DNA of 64,000 nucleotides from a virus: IMG/VR virus record IMGVR_UViG_3300013104_000022, positions 31,259 to 95,258 of that record; one strand, 5' to 3'. Shown piece by piece: positions 55,354 to 64,000 of this stretch (position 1 is its first letter; each line of letters starts with the position of its first letter). The notes under the pieces were generated by a model. It saw only the letters and a program-made list of their open reading frames with translations, ran no database searches and was not told where the DNA came from. The position numbers and the translations under genes were made by a program.

Positions 55354-56250
55354 ATGACAAGTACACTGGAAATGCGGAGTCTCGTAAGCAAGGCGCGTGC
55401 GCGCAACGACGACTTCGAGAAGAACACCCTCGGGAAGAGGGTAAAGGTGATGGACGACTTGGCGGACGCTCTGGAAGAGGCCGTCACTGATCTCGAAGAG
55501 ATTCAGTACTTCATCGGACTCGCCCGAGCGACGTTTATCAACGCAGACGTTCTGGGAGACCCCGGCGTGGAGATGGAAGCCATTCTCGCTTCTGTCCATG
55601 AGCCGATGCAGTTGCACAGGTTCGTCAACCGTGCGAAGATGATCGCCCTGGACAACCTTCTGTCCGACCTCAGCCCTGGTCGAATCACGATCCTCACGGA
55701 GACCGTCGAGAAGGCACGAGATGCCTACGCGGCAGAAGCGTTGAAGGAGACTGTCGATGCCTGACGCAAAGCAACTCAACGTCGCCGGGATCGCACTACA
55801 GGGCGCTCAGGCGGAACTCGGTAAGCTCTTGGTGGACAACATCAAGTATGAGTTCGCCATTAAGCAACTTCGAGAAATCCACAAGCGCACGGCGGGGTCC
55901 ACCAAGAGCTATCCCTGCATCTGCGACATCGAAGCGTGCCCCTCACTAGGAGTTCTAGAAGCATTGGAGGATCAGCTATGAGAACCGGCATCCTGTGGCA
56001 TGGTGGAGAAATCACCATGCATGTGAATATCGAGCAGACGGTCTCGGTGTTCCTGAACGGTCGAGTCACCGTAGGCGGGAACGTCTACGACGGACCTCGG
56101 CAGATCGTCACCTACAACAACAAGAAGAATCGGTGGGTGCCCCTCATCCCTGACCCCTACCAGATGGAACTCATCTGCCTGTCGGCAGAAATGTGGTACA
56201 AGAATCGCCGTAAGAGGTTGACCCCTGTCAACGCCTCTGTTACGGTGTAA
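55354..56250 (+). other. Operon of three hypothetical genes (55354-55764, 55757-55981, 55978-56250)
   Basis: Promoter TTGACC-17-TAAGCT; overlapping starts and stops. Confidence 0.65.
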
Positions 56251-56278
56251 GTAACGTCAACACACTCAGGAGAAACCT

Positions 56279-57527
56279 ATGAACATGAACATGCCTAATC
56301 CCTTCGACTTCCCCACCGTGCGCGAGCAGGAGCGCGAAACCCGCGAGCCGGGGTACGGACCCCGACCCTCCAACAAGGCCGCTTCCCCGAGCATCTACGA
56401 GGCTGTCATCCAGCCTTACGGTATGGGGATGAAGATCAAGAGGAACCACCCCAAGCCTGAAGAGGTCATCGAGGTCGAAGAGGCACCGGTCGAGAAGAAG
56501 AGTCCTGTCGAGGAGTATCTTTCCGGAGAGTTCCGTCTTATCGAACAGACGGTCGCCAACCACCTGAAGAACAACAGCGACTCGGCCAAGCTCGAAGCCG
56601 CCCTCGCGGAGGTCGAGTTCTACAAGCAACTGATCGCTGACGCGAAGGTGGCATGGACCAAGGCGGTTCCTCACGAGGAATTCGCATGGGACGGCCTGAT
56701 CGACGTCGGCACGATCCTGTCCAGGACTCCCCACCAGGAGTAATCATGAATTTCACGAAACGCACGTACAGGAGGGCGCGAACGGTACTGGTTGCCGTCG
56801 CCCTGGACTTCCGTAATGAGGCCGACTGGATTGCGTACGACAGAGTTATGAAGACTCTGGAACTGATCGGAAACCGCGCTCGAAGAGAGAAGGGAATGTG
56901 GAATGTCTCATAATCACATCACCACGAATATTCGCCTTCCCGAGGAGTGCCCTAGCTGTAAGACGCTGTGGGACATCCTAGAGAAGGCCTTCCCTGACGT
57001 GCGCCGTGAGCTAGAGCACGCGCGAGACCTCCGAGAGGAGTACGGTGAGGCAGAGATGCTGAATCATCTAGAGAGTAAGCGCGAGTTCTTCCAAATTCAG
57101 AAGTGGCGGAGAGACAGGTACTCATAATGTCACTCAGCGCGGAGGCTGTCGCAGAAGCCAAGCTTGAGCTTCAGCGGGCCGTTCAGGCATACTACAAAAA
57201 GATCGACCCTGACGTTTTCATCACCGAGTGGGTACTCGTAACCCACAAGGCCAGTGCAGACATGCAGAAGGACGGTCAGAGTGCGGTGGGGTATGTGGTC
57301 CCAGCGGATCAGTACTTCCACCGCACGTCAGGTCTTCTCCTCGCGGCAAGTGACAATGCGAGGGGCATCGGAAGATGAATCTAGACGCTATCTGCGGAGC
57401 ACACAAAACTACCGACAACTTCGGTACCGTGCGGTGCATGAAACTCGCCGGTCACTCCGGGGACTTCCACTTCCACATCACCCAGTACGGCTATCGGGTC
57501 GTCTGGACAGATGCGGATACCCGCTGA
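56279..57527 (+). other. Operon of small hypothetical genes (56279-56743, 56746-56913, 56903-57127, 57127-57378, 57375-57527)
   Basis: Promoter TTGACC-17-TACGGT; RBSs and coupled stop/start codons. Confidence 0.65.
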
Positions 57528-57569
57528 GCGTGCTATAGTGGTCTATAGGTCAACACGAAGGAGTTTAAC

Positions 57570-58481
57570 ATGGGTATAAAGATTCATCCGAACGACAAGG
57601 CAGAGATCATTCGAGAACTCGCCAGTGAGTTCGCTAGTTCTGACACTCCCTACCACATCAGTGATGTCTACGCCTGGATGATCGAACAGGCTGATAAGAT
57701 CGACGCTGAGTACGAGGCCAAGCGGTACAAGCCGACTCCGGAGGAGAAGGCAAAGCACAAGGCGGCTGAGATCAGAGCAATGGAAATGGGATACCCCGCA
57801 TGACCCTTTCAGAAGAACAGAACAAAGAAGTCGAACGCCAGATGAGCGCCGCCTGGGAGAAGCACTACTCCCCCGGAATGGGGTCCAAGGAGGCCAAGGC
57901 GTTCAAGGCCGCGTGGGCGCGGGCGTACTTCGAGGCCTGGCACGCGGGCTACCTGGCTCATATGGAAGGCAAGAGTGTCACGGAGGGGCCGGGAGACCCC
58001 ACCGCCCCGGACAGGAGCCTGAAGCGCCGCAGGAAGCTCTTCAAGGAGTGTGCGTGCCTCTGCCACCTAGAACTCGGTGGAGGCATCCACAATGGCACCA
58101 AGTGTGTCTGCAACGGCGGTCAAGGATTCGATGACGGGAGCGATCATGTCGCAAAGTACGCCTACGAGTAAGTCACGTCGCAAGCCCCTCGAAGAGGGCT
58201 GTGACGGGGGCATTTGGTGCCCCGTGCAGGGACACGTCGAAACTGTACCCCGAAAGAATTTCGGCTGGACCGTTCAGCACATCAAGCTCTCGGAAGGTCA
58301 GAAGCGGACTCTCGAAGAGCGCCGCTGGGCCAAGCATCAGGAGCGTATCGACTGGATCGAGTCTCGTCACGGCGAGCTTTCAAAGCTGGGGACGGGGTTC
58401 TACGCAGACGGCACGCACTGGAAGGAAGCCGAAGGCGAGTGGCAAGAACACCTGAAGGAGAAGGACAATGAAGTGCTCTAA
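57570..58481 (+). other. Operon of hypothetical genes (57570-57803, 57800-58171, about 58146-58481)
   Basis: TG-c-TATAGT promoter, AAGGAG RBS, coupling. Confidence 0.6.
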
Positions 58482-58733
58482 GTGCGGTCTGCCGACCGGT
58501 CAGTGGCGTGTCGTGTGGCTCTCCGATGTCGGAGGCACAATTCAGGAGTGGGTTCCTCACTTCTGCCTCAAAAAAGAACCTGAGGTTGCTATTGCAACCT
58601 CTGAGGAGACGTGTTAGGCTCGCCCTAAGTCAACAACCAGAACAGGAGTACCAGAAGAGATGTTTTTCGCATTCATATGCTTCCTCATTCTCGTCTGGTA
58701 CGTCTGTCTTTTCATCGACACAGGAGATAGATC

Positions 58734-59576
58734 ATGACTACAGCAATTCAGCAGGAGATCATTCAGGCGCTCGGGGTCAAGCCTCAGGTCAATGCCCGAT
58801 TCGAGATCGGAGATCGCGTCCGGTTCCTCAAGGACTACATTCGTGCCTCGAAGGCCAAGGGTCTCGTTCTCGGCATCTCGGGCGGACAGGACTCGGCACT
58901 GGCCGGGAAGCTGGCACAAATGGCCGTCGAGTCGTTGCGTCAGGAAGGCTATTCCGCTAGCTTCCTCGCACTTCAGCTTCCGTTCCGTACCCAGCGGGAC
59001 GCGGCAGATGCGAACCTCTCTGTCGAGTGGATCAACCCCGACGACTTTCATCAGGTCAACGTCGAGTATGGCGTGAAGGGGGTCGCAGACGAGGTTCGGT
59101 ACGGTTCGGGCGACTCCCTGAATGACTACCACCTCGGGAACGTCAAGGCTCGCCTTCGTGCAGTCACTCAGTACGCATACGCCGGTCAGTACAACCTTCT
59201 CGTCGTCGGCACCGACCACGCGGCAGAGGCGGTCACCGGCTTCTTCACCAAGTTCGGTGACGGCGCGGCAGACATCCTACCCCTGAGCGGCCTCACCAAG
59301 CGACAGGGTAAGGAGATGCTTCGAGAACTAGGGGCACCGGAGCAGTTGTACTTGAAGGCGCCCACAGCGGACCTCCTGGACGGCAAGCCGGGTCAGAAGG
59401 ACGAAGACGAACTCGGGATGACCTACGATCAGATCGATGACTTCCTGGAAGGTCGAGAGGTCTCGGAAGAACTCAGCGACACAATCGTCACCCGGTACCG
59501 TGCCACCGAGCACAAGCGCCGGGGTCCGGTTTCCCCGGTAGACGACTGGTGGAAGGTACCCGTCGCCCATGCATGA
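58734..59576 (+). CDS. nadE: NH3-dependent NAD+ synthetase
   Basis: VLGISGGQDS, GNVKARLR, GTDHAAE..TGFFTKFGDG, KAPTADL, DE.ELG.TY..ID and HKR motifs. Confidence 0.96.
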   Translation: MTTAIQQEIIQALGVKPQVNARFEIGDRVRFLKDYIRASKAKGLVLGISGGQDSALAGKLAQMAVESLRQEGYSASFLALQLPFRTQRDAADANLSVEWINPDDFHQVNVEYGVKGVADEVRYGSGDSLNDYHLGNVKARLRAVTQYAYAGQYNLLVVGTDHAAEAVTGFFTKFGDGAADILPLSGLTKRQGKEMLRELGAPEQLYLKAPTADLLDGKPGQKDEDELGMTYDQIDDFLEGREVSEELSDTIVTRYRATEHKRRGPVSPVDDWWKVPVAHA

Positions 59577-60972
59577 CACATGCGCCGCGTGCGGTCGCCC
59601 AATCTTCACGACCGCCGTGCGTCGTCCTATTGTGACACTGGCACAGCAGTGGACGCACGGCGGTTACGGGTTCATCGACCGTATGCACGTTCCCATTCCC
59701 AAAAATCATAAATACCAGATCATTAGGTAAAAATGCGTCTAAAGTGCTGTGAAGAGTGCGGTTTTCGGAAGTCCATCTCTTGGGATGACTACTTCAAGTC
59801 CTGGCTCTGTGACTGGTGCTCTATCCGCAAGAAGCAAGAAGAAGGCGAAGAATGAACTTTCCATTTGTATCCGCGAGTCATATCACTCTCAGTGAGGACA
59901 CCGATGAGTTTTCGAACGATACGGGTAATGTCACGCTGAAGACGAACCACTGGGTCGCCGCGTACTCGGGGAAGAGCTTCAACCTCGCCTACGGTTTGGT
60001 CGAAGCTGTCGGCCCTCACGTAGAGGTCACCCGCACAGGCGCTACCGCCCACGAGGCGGAAGACAATCTCCTCAAGGCACTACTCGAACAAGGATGGACA
60101 TTGAGATGAATATCGACGGGGGTACTAGTAAAGACCTCAAAGAGGGCATGGAAGTTGTCATCAGCCAGACCGTCATCGTCACAGAGGTGGGCGGAAATTA
60201 CATCACCGTATCTCTCGATAACGGTGACGAACTAGACATAACGGAAAGTGAAGGGTGGTTTATTAAACTATGAGTTTTCTCAATCGCACACGCAAGGGGA
60301 ACACACCGGTCCCCGCAAAGCCTCTCGTACCATACATCGAAGTGACCCGTCAGGGGTTGTTCTTCTCAGAAGCACGTCTGACGGTTCACCCCGACTACCC
60401 CTACACGACCTGGCGGGGTAAGGTACTGGACACTTGGTACTGTCCACGGCCCCTCGTCTGGCGTATCTACGGAGACGACGATCGCGCTCAAAGAGTCGCC
60501 CGCCGCATTCTCAACCGCTACCTCCGTCGAGTCTCGTACCGCAACGGTGGTGCTGTCCGTATCGAGGGCAAGGTGAAGTGACATGGAAGCTCTAGAGATC
60601 GCCGCCGTTGCCGTTCTCGCCCTCATCGGAGTTGGAGTGACAATTCTGAATCTAGGACACCGAAAATGACCAATATCTGGTAAACTGTAAGAGCTTACCC
60701 GACAAGATAAGCACGACCCCCTGTTTCTCACGGCAGGGGGTCGTTCCTTTGTCCCAAAACTGGTATCCTAGAGACGGAGGTAGATCAAAATGGCTACAAC
60801 ATACCCTGAAAAGGCTGGCGATGTCCAGTTCGGTCGCTCTATTCGTCCGGAGCTACGTGTCCTCGACACTGTTCGTGACGACAAGGGTCTTACTGTGTAC
60901 TGGGAGGACGGTTCTTCGGAACACTTCTCTCAGAAGAAGGTTGACAAGTTCTCAGCAGAGAACGTAGACTGA
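59569..60972 (+). other. Cluster of small hypothetical genes (including 59852-60109, 60270-60581, 60790-60972)
   Basis: Closely packed short ORFs, several with CxxC; terminator hairpin at 60713-60751. Confidence 0.55.
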
Positions 60973-61001
60973 GGCTGAGGAGCCGCCCTGACCGCCGTGA
61001 G

Positions 61002-61034
61002 CAAGAAACCCCCTAGAAATAGGGGGTTTTCTTG
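61002..61034 (+). terminator. Intrinsic terminator
   Basis: CAAGAAACCCCCTA-GAAA-TAGGGGGTTTTCTTG. Confidence 0.8.
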
Positions 61035-61087
61035 TGTCTGGGGGTGTGCTAAGGTAGACACAGGTCAACCAACATAAGGAGCACACC

Positions 61088-63814
61088 ATGTCACAGAGGG
61101 CTTTCTGGGAGCACTGGTCCACGAACTTCCCACTCACCATCGTATGGCAGGACGCTATCGCGTCTACGGGCACGCCCGAGGGGGTAGTGTTGCAGAGAGC
61201 CGGTAAGTCTGTGTTCATCACCCGTGACGATTTCCAGGTCATCGCCGGGGAATTCTCGGAACCCGTCGTCGCGCTCCCCTCTGAGTCCAACATCGAGGAT
61301 CACAGCAACCTGGACAAGGCTCTCGGTCTTGTGACGGACATCGCCCGTCTCAAGGACGTGCAGAGGGCCGTCAAGAACATGTTCGCCCACCGAGAGCTTG
61401 ACGGTGGCGTGAAGGCCGCATTCGACCACCCTCTGTACACTCAGGCAGAGAAGCGTATCGAGGAGCTTGAAGAAGCCCTCATCATCCTCATCTAAGGAGA
61501 GAAATGCCGCTGGAATACACAATCGAGATCGGCTGGGACGCCCACGTTCACGCGGGTTATGCCAACTATGTCACTTCCACCCCGGAGGAGGCTATCGATT
61601 TGCGAGGAACCGACTTCCACCCGGACTGTGATTCCGTCGTGCGACGTGAAGTCGGCACGGAGCAATGGACATACCACCCGGACGATCAGAAGTTCGACCG
61701 TGCGGAGAAGGTCGCGGAGTACCGGGCCGCGCTCGCAGAGCGTCAGCGTCGTGACTACCGCCCCAAGCACAGTTCTGCTCTCCCGAGCAACCGGCGTGTC
61801 AACACGCACGGTCGATTCCTGACGGACGGCGCTCCTCTTGTCACCTGGAACTGGATTAAGGGAGAGTTCTCTCATATCCGGAGATTCCCTCAGGAGGAGA
61901 CATGAGTGAAGACTGGCGCAAGGAGTACCCAGAGTTCGCTTCCTGGTCGGGAATACCCGAACCGGAGATCGATCCTCCCTCTAGCGTATACGCAAGCTAC
62001 GACAACCCGGACGATCCTCTCTACGACGAGAAGTGTGGGGCGAAGGCCGAACATGGCCCTTGTGCCCTCCCCAAGGCCCACAACATGGGCAATCTCGACA
62101 TTCCGAGCAATCACCAAGCCTCTCCCACGGATGCGGAGCTTGAAAAACAGGCCGACCGAATCTACGACCACCTGCACACCTCCGTGTTCCGGGGGGAATG
62201 GCGTGAGTGGTACAAGAAGATTGTCCGAGAAGGAGGAATCTCATGATGAATGACTATGAGCGTAAGCAAGCTGAAGAGCTTGCCGTCACGAGATACCCCT
62301 ACAATACCCGTAGGCACGCACAGGCGAGACTTGCATACGTGCAAGGCTACGGGGATGCATTGGACTCTGTAGCGGGGGACTTCCTGGAAGAGGTAGACGC
62401 AGAGCTTGCGGAAGATTTGAAGCTGGACCCCGAACCCTGGGTGTACAAGGGAGAGCGACGCGCAAGCTACGTCATTACCCTGGGTTGGGAAGCCGTATTC
62501 AAGCCACGGGAAGGTTACTCACAGAACAGGGGGGACTATCATGACTAGTTCTCTCGATTTGGCGAGAAACATCGTCAATCAGATTGCAGACCTGTACTCT
62601 GAGAAAATCCCCTCAGTCCTCTGGGTGGAGGTCCGACAGGACACAAACGATGAGCTTGATCAATTCGTGAAGAGGCTCATCGAAATGTACACTCCTGAGT
62701 ACGACGAGGACGTGTCAGTTCTACCAGGAATACCGTACTCCACCGGAGGCGAAACGGCCCCCGTGCGGTACCCCAACCCCCACCGCCGAGAAGACGACGG
62801 AATCGGACTCAACGGAGGTGCCCCGAGATGGTAATGATCAGTAGTGCACAAGTCAACGCCGCCCTTGCTGTGTGGATTCAGAAGAAGCAACAGGGAATCC
62901 CTGACACCAACTTCAATGCGATGCGGGCCGCTATCCAGGCCGCTGTGAACTACAAGGAACCGGAGACACGAGAGCAGAGGGAATGGCGGAAGTTCCGGGA
63001 AGGCGAGCAACGCGCCGCCGACATGAGACGCGAACGCGCGCAACGCAAAATGGAAGAGGATGCCGCCGCACACCGACGGCACCTGAAATCTCAAGGATGG
63101 GACATGTAATGGACAAGGATGAGCTTATCCGCAACACGATCTTCTGGGGTGGCTACCTCGTCATCGTGGGAGGCATCGCAACGCTTCTGTACTTCAATGA
63201 CCTTCTACTGATCAAGCCCTGAGGAGACAGCATGGAACTTCCCACGAAGCCAGGGGCGGTGATCCGCTGGAAATTCCGCTATGACGGCGCGTACCAGTAC
63301 CGAGTCGTTGTCCTCAGCATCCACCCGGTATATGAGTACGGTCTTGCGTGGCACCACAGCGGTTTTAGATATCCCCTTTCCCCCGAAAAGATGCAAAAAC
63401 TGGTAGACACCGACTGGGGAGTATGGGAAATCTTGCACGAAGGAGAAGAGTGATGTCTTTCAACGACGAGTGGAGAGCGGATAGTTACCGTCGTGCCGAG
63501 TCCGAATGGCACAAGAACCACGAAGGCAACCACCCCGCGTGGACGGGCGACTCCTGCCCGAAGTGCGGTAATGACACCCTGATCCAGGGGGTCAAGGCAG
63601 AAGAGTGCAATTGGTGCGACTACAGTCAGGGGTATTGGTGATGAGCTTCACCGCATATCGAGACGACAAGGGATACAGGATGATTCGGTGCCACCGGTGC
63701 GGAGAAATCGTCCCTCAAGTGTTCGGCCTGGGGTCCGACTGGACGTACAAGCACAACCGGAACATCCGCCTCTTCCGTTGGCGCATCGAATTGAAGTGCA
63801 AGGGTTCATCCTAG
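61088..63814 (+). other. Operon of ~10 small hypothetical genes (61088-61495, 61504-61905, 61902-62246, 62243-62548, 62541-62834, 62828-63109, 63109-63222, 63232-63453, 63453-63641, 63641-63814)
   Basis: TG-c-TAAGGT promoter, RBSs, chained ATGA/TAATG/TGATG overlaps. Confidence 0.65.
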
Positions 63815-63829
63815 CATAAGTATTTCGCA

Positions 63830-64000
63830 AAATTCTCCCGGCGAAATTTTTTCGGGGCGCTCTTTTGGGGCATAGGGGGTCATGTCCGGGGGAAACGGGG
63901 GGGGGGGGGGTTTTCCCCCCACCTGATTTGCTCCGGCAGAGGGCGAGGGGGGGAGGAACGGGCCCCTAAAACCCCCCCGTACAGGGGGGGGGGGCGGCGG
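63830..64000. repeat. G/C homopolymer-rich low-complexity non-coding stretch
   Basis: Many G and C runs, including one of about 14 G at 63897-63910; no ORF. Confidence 0.7.

Noticed and set aside
1-64000. tRNA, integrase, lysis, reverse transcriptase or DGR genes
   Set aside because: None recognised by eye in this window; they may lie elsewhere in the genome, and a tRNAscan/HMM run would be needed to exclude them.

Overview
A 64-kb segment of a large lytic, siphovirus-like actinobacteriophage. The host inference (Actinobacteria, plausibly Microbacterium/Micrococcales) rests on leaderless SigA-type promoters, an LAxTG sortase signal and protein style. Bases 1-52.65 kb read almost entirely on the minus strand. 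From right to left they hold nucleotide/replication/recombination genes (5'-nucleotidase, dNMP kinase, Mre11/SbcD, Cas4-like nuclease, beta clamp, half an SbcC, DnaX), a sugar epimerase plus glycosyltransferases, terminase, portal, a 3236-aa giant head-region protein, a Mu-I-like protease with nested scaffold, decoration and major capsid proteins, about 10.5 kb of fibre/appendage genes inside the neck module, tail genes with a -1 frameshift and a truncated tape measure gene. From 52.75 kb to the end there are small plus-strand early genes and nadE. Highlights: (1) a stand-alone, nuclease-less Nop/IS110-type RNA-binding protein (TasA-like, 50181-50978) with no canonical TIGR array in the window, near a promoter-driven, highly structured ~300-nt ncRNA and with a closed hairpin unit inside its own 5' end; (2) the giant protein in the MuF position, with ~11 small repeats, a HipA/PI3K-like kinase and an ART-like C-terminus, a 21-aa N-terminal motif shared with its neighbour and two small downstream genes; (3) a phage-specific late promoter GACGATAGTA, including one copy inside the protease gene; (4) a GTTGAC/GTCAAC early regulatory code; (5) an in-frame amber codon in a glycosyltransferase; (6) a structured leader before the capsid gene. 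All calls come from reading motifs by eye; no searches were run.
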